This document shows positions 19,165-28,564 of a stretch of 52,056 nt of DNA, one piece after another (position 1 is the first letter of the stretch; every line of letters starts with the position of its first letter). The stretch covers positions 1 to 52,056 of IMG/VR virus record IMGVR_UViG_3300048592_000456; one strand, given 5' to 3'. Both the position numbers and the translations under genes were made by a program. Origin of the DNA: a virus (lineage: Duplodnaviria; Caudoviricetes). The notes beneath the pieces are model-generated. The model was not told the DNA's origin, did not search any database, and saw only the letters and a program-made list of their open reading frames with translations.

Positions 19165-19796
19165 TCGGGCACCGCCTCCACCACGGCGTAGACCTCGGGG
19201 ATGCCGGCGACCGACAGGATGCGGGCGAGCGCCTTGGGGCTGATGCGCACGACGTACATCGTGCTACCGGGTCCGCCCTCCGCGATGCCGCGCCGCTCCT
19301 GCTCCTGCGCGACGTGGCCGGCCTCGCGGCGGGTCACCTTCCGCTCGTCACGGGTCGGCGGGGCGGCCATGTCCGCCCGGATGCCGACCGGTGCGGGCGC
19401 GTCGCCCATGGATGCGGTCGCGTAGTGCCACGGGTTGCCGCAGCCGACGATGGGGACGGCCGCGCCGTCATCCGGGTCCGTGACCTCGGCCTGCCAGTCG
19501 GGACCGAGCCGCACGACGGCCGCGGGGTCGGGGCAGCCCTCGATGGCGCACCCGGCGACGGTCACCATCCGCCACTTCTCGTAGCCGCCCATCGGCTCGC
19601 CCGGTGCGGCGATGGCCTGACCCGGGCGCACGGTGTCCGTCTCGCCGTCGTCATCCTCCACCACGGGCACGGCGTCGCCCTCCACGATGGTCGGAGCGGC
19701 CTCGGAGGGGTCATCCGGGGTGGATGGAGCGGCCGGGGTCGTCTCGGGTCGCTCCGTGGCCTGCGTGGGCCGCTGCGTGGGCTTCCTGCGCGTCAT
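19161..19796 (-). CDS. Hypothetical protein
   Basis: ATGA overlaps on both sides; Cys motifs CAIEGC and GCGNPWH. Confidence 0.6.
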   Translation of the reverse strand: MTRRKPTQRPTQATERPETTPAAPSTPDDPSEAAPTIVEGDAVPVVEDDDGETDTVRPGQAIAAPGEPMGGYEKWRMVTVAGCAIEGCPDPAAVVRLGPDWQAEVTDPDDGAAVPIVGCGNPWHYATASMGDAPAPVGIRADMAAPPTRDERKVTRREAGHVAQEQERRGIAEGGPGSTMYVVRISPKALARILSVAGIPEVYAVVEAVPE

Positions 19797-20407
19797 CGGG
19801 TACCTCCACGGACGGTCCGGGGTCGGCCCGGCTCGCCCCTCTGCTCGTCGGTCACGTCCGCGGGGTCGGCCGTGGTCCATCCCTTGCTGAACCCGGTCGC
19901 CCCGAGGGTGCCGCGCTTGGTCATGCGCCCATGGTCCATGAGCCGGTCAACCTCCTCATCGTCCATGCCGAGCCGGTGGGCGATGTCCGGTCGGGAGACA
20001 CCCATGGCGGCGAGGTCGTTCACGATGTCGGCCATGCGGATGACGGCGTGGGAGCCTCGGGCGCGGTTGTGCCGGATGGTCGCCATCCGCTGCGTCGCCG
20101 GGTCGATGTCCGCGAGGCGCACGACGGGCACGAGCCCGCCGGCGAGCGCGGCTACATCGGGGTCCGTGGTGCCCAGCGTCCACCGGTGGAAGCCATCGAC
20201 AATCTCGCCGTCGCGGCGCGCCACGATGGGCTGCGTCCAGCCGTTCTCCAGCAGCGAGAGCCGGAGCAGCGCCAACTCGGGCCGGGCGACCTTGTTGGGG
20301 TTGTAGTCGTTTGCCCGGAGGGTCCGCGGGTCCACCCACTCGACGGAGGCGAGGGGCTGCGTGGACGGGTCGCCCGATGGCGCCCGGATGATGGGTTCGT
20401 CCGTCAC
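19793..20407 (-). CDS. ParB/Srx-like protein, YbdM/IbrB family
   Basis: LRANDYNPNKVARPELALLRLSLLENGWTQPIV...EIVDGFHRW...RMATIRHNRARGSH. Confidence 0.88.
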   Translation of the reverse strand: MTDEPIIRAPSGDPSTQPLASVEWVDPRTLRANDYNPNKVARPELALLRLSLLENGWTQPIVARRDGEIVDGFHRWTLGTTDPDVAALAGGLVPVVRLADIDPATQRMATIRHNRARGSHAVIRMADIVNDLAAMGVSRPDIAHRLGMDDEEVDRLMDHGRMTKRGTLGATGFSKGWTTADPADVTDEQRGEPGRPRTVRGGTR

Positions 20408-21657
20408 GGGATGACCTCCGCTATGCGCCCGGATGCCGTGAGCGCGGCTATCTCGGCCTCGTACTCGCGCCGGCGTCGCACCGCGTCATCCGCGCCGCCC
20501 GCCGCCGTCTCCTTGCGGCCCTTCACGTCGCCCCGGACCGCGATGCGGAGCACGAGGGACCACGAGACACCGCAGCAGGGGCACCGCGCCTTCTCCGCGA
20601 GCGGCGTCGTGGAGCGCTTGTAGTGGCGCCGGAGGAACGATGCCACCCGGTCGGCCACGTACGGCTGGAACGCCGGCGGCTGCCGGTCGATGTGGTGCCG
20701 GATGAACTCGGTCCATGGGAGCCCGTCCGGCTTGGGCGGCAGACCACCGAACGCCCATAGCTCCGTCCGCGAGTAGCGCGCGGCGGCGGCGGCGCCCGGG
20801 ACCCGGTAGGCCATCCGGTCCCAGATGTCCGGGAAGCACTGCGCGAACATGTCGAGGTTGCGCAGCGGTTCCTCGCCATACGGCGGCGCGCACCGCTGCG
20901 CCCGGTGGGGGATGCCCAGCATCTCCATCGCGTCATACGCGCGGTTGTAGTCCCAGCCGAGCAGCGCCGGCGCGAGCCACACGTCCGGGACCGTCCAGTC
21001 GTACGCCGGGTAGACCTTCGTCACGTTGCCGGCCTCCGTCGCGCCGCCCGCGCGGGTCATCCACGGGTCGTGGAGGTGGTGCGTGATGGCGCGCCGGCGG
21101 TTGACCGACTCATCCGCCCGGATGCCCATCACGAGCGCGACGGCGCCGAGCCGGGCAGGGTGCAGGAGCCCGTTGATGTCCGGGATGGTCAGCCGCGCGT
21201 CGGGGTCATCGTGGAGGTAGCCCGGGACCGTCGTGATGGCCTCCGGCGGGAGCGGCCGGACCCAGAGGTCACGCGCCTCCGGTGCCCACGGGTACCACCA
21301 CGGCGACGTGGACGAGCACGCGTTCCGGTGCCGCACGGGGACGCAGTACCACTCCAAGTCCACGTCTGGTAGCTGGGCCACCCGGCGGACATACTGCTCC
21401 GTCTCGTAGGGGATGGCCTCCTCATCGAAGTGGATGACGCGGAGCCGCTGCCCGCGCCGGCGCGCCTCATCGAGCGCGAGGTTCAGGACCACGGTGGAGT
21501 CCTTCCCGCCGCTGAACGAGACAACCACGTGGTCGAACCGGTCGAACGTCTCGGCCATGCGCTCGCGGCCGAGCGTGAGCACGTCCTTCTCGACGGCGAC
21601 CGTATCCCAGCCCTTGCGCCGCTTCCCGGTGTACGGGTTGAGCGGCCGGCCCGCCAC
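20404..21657 (-). CDS. PAPS-reductase-like PP-loop protein, YbdN/IbrA (DUF3440) family
   Basis: VVVSFSGGKDS PP-loop, HFDEEA, GIRADESVNR, YPAYDWTVPDVW, DYNRAYD, WDRMAYRVPGA. Confidence 0.9.
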   Translation of the reverse strand: MAGRPLNPYTGKRRKGWDTVAVEKDVLTLGRERMAETFDRFDHVVVSFSGGKDSTVVLNLALDEARRRGQRLRVIHFDEEAIPYETEQYVRRVAQLPDVDLEWYCVPVRHRNACSSTSPWWYPWAPEARDLWVRPLPPEAITTVPGYLHDDPDARLTIPDINGLLHPARLGAVALVMGIRADESVNRRRAITHHLHDPWMTRAGGATEAGNVTKVYPAYDWTVPDVWLAPALLGWDYNRAYDAMEMLGIPHRAQRCAPPYGEEPLRNLDMFAQCFPDIWDRMAYRVPGAAAAARYSRTELWAFGGLPPKPDGLPWTEFIRHHIDRQPPAFQPYVADRVASFLRRHYKRSTTPLAEKARCPCCGVSWSLVLRIAVRGDVKGRKETAAGGADDAVRRRREYEAEIAALTASGRIAEVIP

Positions 21658-21663
21658 GGCGGG

Positions 21664-22194
21664 CTACCCGGGGCGCCGGACGGTCGGCCGGCGCGGGCAC
21701 TCGATACTGTGCTCGTCCGACGCCTCGCCGGCGCCGCAGAGGCACATGGGTCCGCCGTCCGCGTGCATCGGGACCATGACCCGGGTGCCGTGCCAGTCGG
21801 TCGGGACCATCCGCTCGGGACTGTCCACGGCCTTGTGCGGCGCGCCGATGGACACGAGCACGTGCCCACGCTCCGTCGCGCCCACGGCGTGCGGGACGTT
21901 GCCGGGGATGAGGTAGAGGTCGCCCGGCCGGACGATGTACGTCTCGCGGTCGATGCTGATGCTCCCCTCCCCGTCGATGCACAGGAGCAGATGGTCGCCC
22001 GGGTGCGCGTGCACCGGGAACGAGTGGAGCGGCGGGACCCACAGCACGTCGGCGCCCAGCACGTCTCCGGCGGATGCCATCAGGGGGAGCCCCGACGCCG
22101 TGGCGCCATGGACCGCGAGCGCGTCGGCCGGCGGTCGCTTCGGGATGTCGAACAGGACGTTGACGATGGTCGGCTTCACGCGATGCGCTCCCAC
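21664..22194 (-). CDS. Cupin-domain protein
   Basis: FPVHAHPGDHLLLCIDGEG...VRPGDLYLIPGNVPHAV cupin metal motifs; C-terminal CLCG...H..EC. Confidence 0.85.
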   Translation of the reverse strand: MGAHRVKPTIVNVLFDIPKRPPADALAVHGATASGLPLMASAGDVLGADVLWVPPLHSFPVHAHPGDHLLLCIDGEGSISIDRETYIVRPGDLYLIPGNVPHAVGATERGHVLVSIGAPHKAVDSPERMVPTDWHGTRVMVPMHADGGPMCLCGAGEASDEHSIECPRRPTVRRPG

Positions 22195-22886
22195 TGCTCG
22201 ATGATGGCGAGCAGGGCGGCCGGCTGGGTCATCCCCGGGGTCCGGTCCTGCACGCTCTTGACGGCCGCCATCACGCGGTCACGGTCCGCCGGCGCGAAGG
22301 TGAAGGCCACCGTGACGAACAGCCCGGGGTCCACTCCCGCCGCGATGGCGGACGGTGCGTCGAGGGTCGGGCGCCCGCCCTCCGGGTGGAGCCCGGAGCC
22401 GGGCGCGATGCCCGGCTTCGGGTCCGCGTAGGACGTGAGGAACGAGGTCGCGGCGTTCGCGATGCGCCCGGTGGTCCGCAGGAGGTCATCCACGTCATCG
22501 CGGTCCCACGCGGTGCCGGCGAGCGTGCCGGCGTTCGCCAACTCGGTCAGGAGGTCCGCGAGCCGGTCATCGTCATCCCGGCCGCGGTCGTGGGTCCGGT
22601 TGTCCGCGAGCATGATGCGGAGCGCCGTCTCGTCATCGGTGTCCACCAGCACCGCGTCGATGTCCTTCATCCCGGCCGCCCGGGCAGCGCGCCACGTCGT
22701 GTTGCCCGCGAGGATGACCATGCGCGGGGTCCCATCCGGGAGCGCCCGCTGCACGACGATGGGCCGGTACTGACCGAACGCCCTGATGCTCTCGGTCACG
22801 GCGCCCACGTCGCCCTCGCGGGCGTTCCGGGGATGCGGGGTCAGGTCGCCAAGGGGGACCCGGAGGACCGGGTGTCGGGTATCCAT
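22176..22886 (-). CDS. ParB N-terminal-domain protein
   Basis: LTPHPRNAREGDVGAVTESIRAFGQYRPIVV...ILAGNTTWRAA...MLADNRT; TACACT -10 box 7 nt before the ATG. Confidence 0.88.
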   Translation of the reverse strand: MDTRHPVLRVPLGDLTPHPRNAREGDVGAVTESIRAFGQYRPIVVQRALPDGTPRMVILAGNTTWRAARAAGMKDIDAVLVDTDDETALRIMLADNRTHDRGRDDDDRLADLLTELANAGTLAGTAWDRDDVDDLLRTTGRIANAATSFLTSYADPKPGIAPGSGLHPEGGRPTLDAPSAIAAGVDPGLFVTVAFTFAPADRDRVMAAVKSVQDRTPGMTQPAALLAIIEQWERIA

Positions 22887-22907
22887 GGCGCGGAGTGTAG
22901 CCCGGTG

Positions 22908-24206
22908 TCAGGTGCGCCGGCGCATCCCCCACGCCGTGAGCCCGCCCGAGAGCGCCCAGACGAGCAGCGACGCCGTGATGATGGCCGGCCACTCGCCCCG
23001 GAGGTTGCCGTAGGCGGACACGGGGAGCCCGATGGCGATGGCGAGCCCGATGCCCCACGCGACCCAGCGGCCGCGCACCCGGTCGGACCGGAGGGTGAGG
23101 ATGGTCGGCCAGAACGTCGAGGCGCGGACCGTCCCGTAGATGATGAACAGACCCACGATGGTCATGCCCGGGATGTTGGCGATGAGCACGCCACCGATGC
23201 CGAGCGCCACCATGCCCCATCGGGCGCGGGTCACGGCGCGCTCCACGTCGCGGGTCCCGTCGTGGCCCACGAGCGAGCCGAAGGCGACCGCCATGGAGTC
23301 GAGGGTGGACACGAGCCCGGCGAGGATGAGCACCGCGAAGGGGATGGTGGTCCATGCCGGGAGGTAGAACTGGACCGTCGTGATGTTCACCGTCTGGGCC
23401 GACTCGACGGGGATGCCGGCGCCGCCGGCGATGAAGCCCAACTGGCCCAGCGTCAGGGGCACCACGGCGAACGCGGCCGCCGCGACGATGAACGCGGCCT
23501 TGACGCGCCCGGCCTCCGTCGCCCACGTGCGCTGCCAGAAGGACTGGTCCCCGAACGGACCCGACAGGAGCCCGATGGTGGTCGGGATGCCGAAGGACAG
23601 GGCGATGAGCAGCGGGTCCTTCCCGGACGTGCCGCCGAACCCGGCGACGGCCGTCGAGTAGCCGCCCGACTCGATGATGACCCACGGCACGATGACCGCC
23701 GCGATGGCGAGGATGATGAGCATCTGGAGCCAGTCGGACGCGAGCGACGCGCGCAGCCCGCCGATGAGCGAGTAGGACAGGGCGAACACGGCGAGCCCGA
23801 TGGTCAGGGGCACGAAGGCGAGCCCGGTCACCTGCGCGATGAACACACCGCCGGCGAGCAACTGGACGGCGAAGGACCCCAGCGCGAGCAAGCCCATCTG
23901 CGTCAGGTAGAGCCGGTGCACCGCCGGCCCGTGGCGGTCGCGCATGTACGCCGGGAGGGTGTAGCCGTCCGGCACGCGCTCCCGGATGAGCGCCGCGAAG
24001 GCCGCGAACAGCAGGAGGCAGAGGACGTTCGGGATGGTGAACCACGCGAGCCCCCAGAGCCCGTTCTGATACGCCTGCTGCGCCGACACGAACAGCGACG
24101 GCGCCCAGACCCAGTTGCTCGCGATGGCGAGCCCGGCGGCGGCGAACGCCACGCGGCGGTGCGCGACGAGGAACCCCTCCTTGCGCTCGATGGCGGATGC
24201 GGTCAT
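22908..24206 (-). CDS. Sodium:solute symporter (SSS) family transporter
   Basis: About 12 hydrophobic segments; GLAIASNWVWAPSLF..AQQAY..G, YTLPAYMRDRHG, YSLIGGLRAS..SDWLQ, DQSFWQR, GLVSTLDS. Confidence 0.9.
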   Translation of the reverse strand: MTASAIERKEGFLVAHRRVAFAAAGLAIASNWVWAPSLFVSAQQAYQNGLWGLAWFTIPNVLCLLLFAAFAALIRERVPDGYTLPAYMRDRHGPAVHRLYLTQMGLLALGSFAVQLLAGGVFIAQVTGLAFVPLTIGLAVFALSYSLIGGLRASLASDWLQMLIILAIAAVIVPWVIIESGGYSTAVAGFGGTSGKDPLLIALSFGIPTTIGLLSGPFGDQSFWQRTWATEAGRVKAAFIVAAAAFAVVPLTLGQLGFIAGGAGIPVESAQTVNITTVQFYLPAWTTIPFAVLILAGLVSTLDSMAVAFGSLVGHDGTRDVERAVTRARWGMVALGIGGVLIANIPGMTIVGLFIIYGTVRASTFWPTILTLRSDRVRGRWVAWGIGLAIAIGLPVSAYGNLRGEWPAIITASLLVWALSGGLTAWGMRRRT

Positions 24207-24268
24207 GGTCGGGTGTCTCCCCTCATGCCCGGCGCACGCGGCCGGGATGCCGGGAGTCTACGCCGGCC

Positions 24269-24616
24269 CTAGACGGCCTGAGACGGCTCGGGCGGGGCGG
24301 GCGGCGCCATGACACCGGGCGCGGTCGGCTCGGGCGCCAGCGGCCGGTGCTCGGCCATCACGGCGGACGCTGTGCCGTCCGCGTGGCGCATCCGCCGGCC
24401 GGGCGCGCCGCACTCCGGGCAGGACCGGCGGTCGATGCGCCCGCCACCACGGCGCGGCGTGGACATGAAGCACCATCCGACCACGGGGCACGTCAGCATG
24501 TCGCCCAGCAGCGGCCGCACATGCGGATGGTCCCGTCCGTGGACGTGGGCGAGCCCCAGCACCGGCGCTCGCCGGAACGGGACCGCGTGCCGTGGCAGTA
24601 GTGCGTGCACTGACAT
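24269..24616 (-). CDS. Hypothetical protein (Cys motifs)
   Basis: 115 aa ORF with TCPVVGWC and CPECG; start uncertain. Confidence 0.45.
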   Translation of the reverse strand: MSVHALLPRHAVPFRRAPVLGLAHVHGRDHPHVRPLLGDMLTCPVVGWCFMSTPRRGGGRIDRRSCPECGAPGRRMRHADGTASAVMAEHRPLAPEPTAPGVMAPPAPPEPSQAV

Positions 24617-24688
24617 GACGGGCGCCGGGGTCGGCGGAATAGAGCGCCGCCGAGCGGTCCGGCGCGGCCGCGCTCGGGTCGGGTCAGG

Positions 24689-24997
24689 TCATCCACGGTC
24701 CCACGCCTCCAGCGCTCCGCGGCACTCGGCCACGTACTGCCTGCGCTCCGCGTACCGGGGTCCGACCCGGTTGGCCCACGACGCCCACGCCACGCGCTCG
24801 ACGGTCCGGAGTAGCGCCGCGAGCGCCGGGTCGGCGGCCGCGTCGGCCTCGCGGTCGGCGCGCGAGCGACGCATCCACGCGCGGAGGGTCGCGACCGACT
24901 CGTTGCGCTCGGACAGCGCGAGCCCGGACCGGTTGGCGTGGCCGCGCCAGATGACATCGCGCACGGCCTCGATGACCGCCGCCGTGCCGTCCCTCAT
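24689..24997 (-). CDS. Hypothetical protein
   Basis: ATGA overlap with the upstream gene. Confidence 0.6.
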   Translation of the reverse strand: MRDGTAAVIEAVRDVIWRGHANRSGLALSERNESVATLRAWMRRSRADREADAAADPALAALLRTVERVAWASWANRVGPRYAERRQYVAECRGALEAWDRG

Positions 24998-25242
24998 CCC
25001 GACTCGCCCACCACGGCGACCACCCAGCACGACGGATGGTCACGGATGTAGTCCCAGACCATGGACAGCGGCGCGATGGAGCGCAGCGTCTCCAGCGCGT
25101 CGGCGCCGGGCGGGACCATCATCGTCTCCGTGCGCACGATGGTCGGGTCCTCCGCGAGCATTTCCGCGAGCAGCACCGACGCCATCAGCGACATCTTCTC
25201 GGGCACGGTGGCGCCGAGCCGGAGGGTCAGGTCCCCGGTCAT
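24994..25242 (-). CDS. Hypothetical protein
   Basis: ATGA overlaps on both sides. Confidence 0.6.
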   Translation of the reverse strand: MTGDLTLRLGATVPEKMSLMASVLLAEMLAEDPTIVRTETMMVPPGADALETLRSIAPLSMVWDYIRDHPSCWVVAVVGESG

Positions 25243-25349
25243 CGCCGGGACGCGGCGACGAGCAGGACCCCGACCACGAGCAGGACCGCCACGACGCCGG
25301 CGAGCCCGGCGATGGCGGCCTGACCGATGGCGGCGTTGATGCCGTCCAT
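25239..25349 (-). CDS. Small single-TM membrane protein (36 aa)
   Basis: RBS AAGGAGGT; MDGINAAIGQAAIAGLAGVVAVLLVVGVLLVAASRR. Confidence 0.65.
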   Translation of the reverse strand: MDGINAAIGQAAIAGLAGVVAVLLVVGVLLVAASRR

Positions 25350-25375
25350 GGTGACCTCCTTGCTGGTGGCGCCCA

Positions 25376-26455
25376 TCAGCGGGCGACCTTGTTGATGCAC
25401 ACCGGGCCGATGCCGGCCTCGATGCTGCCCTCGTCCGTGAGGGTCCGGCCGCACACCGCGCACACGCCGTAGAGCCGGCCGAACGATGCGGCGGCCTCGA
25501 CGGTGAGGCGGTCGGCCTCCGTCAGCAGCCGGACCATGCCCGGCGCGTACTCCCACGACGCCTCGCCCGGACCCGTGACCACGAGCCGCTTGGCGTAGAG
25601 GTTGCCGGACCCGTGGACGGCGCGCTGGACCTTGAAGATGTCCGCGCCCTTCTGGTACCACCCGTCCTGCGTCACGGCCGGCTGCGTCGCCTGAGCGGGC
25701 CGCTCCGGGGATGCGGTGCGGGCGGCGTCGCGGTCCACGTTGCGGAGCACCGCGTCGTACTGGTTCTGGGTCAGCGAGCCGAACCGGCGCATCCCGGCGA
25801 GCAGCGAGCGCGCGAAGTCGTTGCGGTCCGCATGGGCGAGCACCCACGCCTTGGCCTCGTCCTCGCGGTCGCGCGCCGGCGTCGCCGGGCGGTCGGCCTC
25901 GCGCCGGGCGGCGGCGTCCCGGGTGCGGATGATGGCGGCCGCCATGTTCTCGGTCACCCGGAAGTAGGCCGGCCCCTTGCGCTCACGGTCCGCGATGAGG
26001 GTGAGGATGAAGTCGGGGATGCCGGTGGAGCCGGTGGACGCGCGGCGGTCGGCCATCGCGTTCAGGTACGCGGTCGCCTCCGCGATGAGCGCCACGACCT
26101 CGGGGTCCTTCGCGACGCGCTGCCCGGTGCCGCCGGACGGCTTGCGGGTCGATGCGTCGGGGATGTCCGAGAGCCGGGTGTCGAGCGCCCGGTTGACGGC
26201 CTCGCTGTGGGCGCGGCACGCGGCGCCGAGCCACGGGACCGGCTCCACGCACCCGTGCCCGAAGTTAGCGGACCACTCGGGGTTGAAGGTGGGGCGGTCG
26301 ATGGCGGCTTCCTTCCAGCCACCGTGCGCGACCACGAAGCGGTCACCGCACACGAACGGGGAGCCGTCCTCGCGGAGCGTGACCCACCGCGGGTCCGTGA
26401 TGTAGTCGGCCGGCGGGGTGGTCGGGCGGCTGTCGAGCGAGTAGGTCGGGGTCAC
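25376..26455 (-). CDS. DUF6011-like zinc-ribbon domain protein
   Basis: C-terminal CAVCGRTLTDEGSIEAGIGPVC; DFARSLL....RFGSLTQNQ; GTG 26455 after the conserved element. Confidence 0.75.
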   Translation of the reverse strand: MTPTYSLDSRPTTPPADYITDPRWVTLREDGSPFVCGDRFVVAHGGWKEAAIDRPTFNPEWSANFGHGCVEPVPWLGAACRAHSEAVNRALDTRLSDIPDASTRKPSGGTGQRVAKDPEVVALIAEATAYLNAMADRRASTGSTGIPDFILTLIADRERKGPAYFRVTENMAAAIIRTRDAAARREADRPATPARDREDEAKAWVLAHADRNDFARSLLAGMRRFGSLTQNQYDAVLRNVDRDAARTASPERPAQATQPAVTQDGWYQKGADIFKVQRAVHGSGNLYAKRLVVTGPGEASWEYAPGMVRLLTEADRLTVEAAASFGRLYGVCAVCGRTLTDEGSIEAGIGPVCINKVAR

Positions 26456-26581
26456 GGTCGGGTCCTCGTGCGTCCGGCGTTCCGGCCGGGGCGGTTGATG
26501 GGTCCCACGTTGACGCCTCCGGGTGGACATGTCAACCGGTACCATCGGCTGCCCCGGCCGTACCGGTGCGCACCGTCAACG
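26456..26581 (-). promoter_or_regulatory. Composite promoter/operator/hairpin element
   Basis: GTTGACATGTCCAC 26523-26536; TTGACA-N17-CAACGT; CCGCCCCGGCCGGAACGCCGGA 26473-26494; GGTACC upstream. Confidence 0.85.
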
Positions 26582-26770
26582 CGACACGGCCGCGAGCGCG
26601 ACCACGCCGACGAGCGACCAGAACCCCGCGAGCGCCAGCACCACCATGACGGCGGGCGGCGGCTCGCGGGACTCGCGCCACGCGAAGAACGTGCCCATCC
26701 CGGCGATGGCCGCGAGCACGAGCGCGAACACGCACGCGACGATGCCGCCGGCCGCGATGAGCGGGGTCAC
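26576..26770 (-). CDS. Two-TM membrane protein (64 aa)
   Basis: GTGA overlap; two hydrophobic stretches. Confidence 0.65.
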   Translation of the reverse strand: MTPLIAAGGIVACVFALVLAAIAGMGTFFAWRESREPPPAVMVVLALAGFWSLVGVVALAAVSR

Positions 26771-27189
26771 TCGACGGTCCCGCGGACCGGGAGCCGGACC
26801 GCCCGGGACGGGAGCGGCGGCCGGGGCGGCGGGAACACCGCCCGGCCCTTCGGGTCGATGCGCTCGACCTCGGCCCAGCACGCCGGGCAGAGGATGGCGT
26901 CCGTGAGCGCGAGGCACACCCGGCGGAACGCGCCGACGCAGCGCCGGAGCGTCGCGCCGTCCGGGTGCCCGGGCATCCCCGGCTGCACGACGGAGCGGCG
27001 TATCCAGTCGCCCACGTCGGGGGACACCCAGAGCGGCACGCCGGCGCGGATGGCGGCCGCGATGGACTCCGACACGTCGAGCCGGTCCCAGCCGTCCGGG
27101 AGCAACCGGCGCCGCTGCGGCTCGCACGCGACCGTCCCGGCGGGGAGCATGGCGCTCACGGTGTAGCGCCATCCGGTCAGGGCGCTCAC
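26767..27189 (-). CDS. Hypothetical protein
   Basis: GTGA overlaps on both sides; Cys motifs (ILCPACW). Confidence 0.55.
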   Translation of the reverse strand: MSALTGWRYTVSAMLPAGTVACEPQRRRLLPDGWDRLDVSESIAAAIRAGVPLWVSPDVGDWIRRSVVQPGMPGHPDGATLRRCVGAFRRVCLALTDAILCPACWAEVERIDPKGRAVFPPPRPPLPSRAVRLPVRGTVE

Positions 27190-27947
27190 CGGAGGAACGC
27201 CGGGTTGATGATGACCTCCTGCTCGCGCCGGGTGGTCAGGTAGGCCATCACCATCCGCCGGTGGATGCGAGCGGTGTAGACGACCGGGTTGGGGATGCCG
27301 CCCGGGACGCGCACGCTGGCGCCGTTCGCGAACTTGCGGGCCACGTCCTCCGACAGCGACCACGCGATGCCGGCCCGGTCATCCCGACCCTGCCCGCGGT
27401 AGACCACGAGCCGGCGCCCGGGCGGGAGCGGCTTGTCGGGGTCATCGAGGATGGTCCGGTGGCCGTTGGCGGCCCACGCGTCCTCCCACAGCCGGAGCAT
27501 GTCGGGGTCCGTGTCATCCGGGTCCGAGTGCGGCCACCACGCCGGGAGCGCATCCCAGACGGTCGCCTCGGGCACCCGGCCGGCGCGCGCCATGTCGAGC
27601 ATCCACCGGATGCGGCTGTAGGAGCCGACGTGGATGGTCGCGTGGACGAAGCTCACGCCGGCGTCGAGCATCGACGTGGCCGCCTCGGCCGACTGCGCGT
27701 CGCCGGCCATGGTGAGGCACGTGATGAAGGGTACGGCCGGGTTGGCCTCGTGGATGGCGTGCGCCCGGGCCATCTGGTCGGTCGCCCGGGCGACGTTGGC
27801 ATCGGGCGTCTGGTCCACGGTCCGGAGCCACGCGCGGTACGCGGCGTGGTCGGCCTCATCCTCGGTCTGCGGCGGGTCATCGGGCGGCTGATAGAACGCG
27901 GGTCCCTCGTCGGTCCCGAGTGCCTCGCCCCACGTCATGTCGGTCAT
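27186..27947 (-). CDS. Putative ADP-ribosyltransferase (R-S-E type) domain protein
   Basis: LVVYRG...GIAWSLSEDVARKFA...VVYTARI...REQEVII; RBS AAGGAG before ATG 27947. Confidence 0.65.
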   Translation of the reverse strand: MTDMTWGEALGTDEGPAFYQPPDDPPQTEDEADHAAYRAWLRTVDQTPDANVARATDQMARAHAIHEANPAVPFITCLTMAGDAQSAEAATSMLDAGVSFVHATIHVGSYSRIRWMLDMARAGRVPEATVWDALPAWWPHSDPDDTDPDMLRLWEDAWAANGHRTILDDPDKPLPPGRRLVVYRGQGRDDRAGIAWSLSEDVARKFANGASVRVPGGIPNPVVYTARIHRRMVMAYLTTRREQEVIINPAFLR

Positions 27948-28047
27948 GGTCGGGTGCTCCTTCGTCCGGGTCCGTGCCCGGGAGTGGACGCCGGCGGGTG
28001 GCGCTGGAGGAGGGGTGCGAGCACCCGCCGGCGATGAGGGGGATGGG

Positions 28048-28308
28048 TCAGGATGGTCGGTCGGCCGTGCGGATGCCTCCCTTCGTCGTGGTGGTCCGGG
28101 TGGCGGGACCGAGGTCCGCGAACACGACCTCCACGAGGTCCGAGCCCGGGATGGCCTCGGCGTGGATGACGTGCCCGAGCCGGCGCCCGAGCGCCTCCGC
28201 GGCCTCGGCGGCGGACCGGAGGTCGGCACCGTCCACGACGATGCTGATGCCCTCCGGGTGGAGCGCGCGATGCTCGGCGTCGGCGTAGAGGCGGTCGATG
28301 TAGGTCAT
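28048..28308 (-). CDS. Hypothetical protein (86 aa)
   Basis: ATGA overlap with the upstream gene. Confidence 0.6.
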   Translation of the reverse strand: MTYIDRLYADAEHRALHPEGISIVVDGADLRSAAEAAEALGRRLGHVIHAEAIPGSDLVEVVFADLGPATRTTTTKGGIRTADRPS

Positions 28309-28445
28309 CGGGTGACCTTCGCCGGAAGGGTGGCGGCGGCCGCGCGGCGGACCCACTCGGACCGGCCGGGGAGGATGGGGCACGAGTGCGACCGGAGGTC
28401 CACGAAGGGGACCGGGGTCTTGCATCGCTGGCACGTGTGCGTCAT
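28305..28445 (-). CDS. Small zinc-finger protein (46 aa)
   Basis: MTHTCQRCKTPVPFVDLRSHSC; ATG directly after the conserved element. Confidence 0.65.
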   Translation of the reverse strand: MTHTCQRCKTPVPFVDLRSHSCPILPGRSEWVRRAAAATLPAKVTR

Positions 28446-28564
28446 CGGGGCGTCTCCCTCCGGCGTTCCGGCCGGGGCGGTTGGTCGATGCGGCAACACT
28501 ACCCCGGCCCGGTGGACATGTCCACTGGTACCATGGTCACGTGTTGCGGGTCGGCACCGGTACC
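28446..28564 (-). promoter_or_regulatory. Composite promoter/operator/hairpin element
   Basis: Perfect GTGGACATGTCCAC 28512-28525; TGGACA-N17-TAGTGT; hairpin 28459-28480; two GGTACC. Confidence 0.88.

Noticed and set aside
20404-21657. cysH auxiliary sulfur-assimilation gene
   Set aside because: Length and motifs fit the YbdN/IbrA family paired with YbdM/IbrB, not CysH
19793-22886. ParB genes as a plasmid-prophage partition system
   Set aside because: No ParA; both are ParB-N/Srx types in a modification-enzyme context
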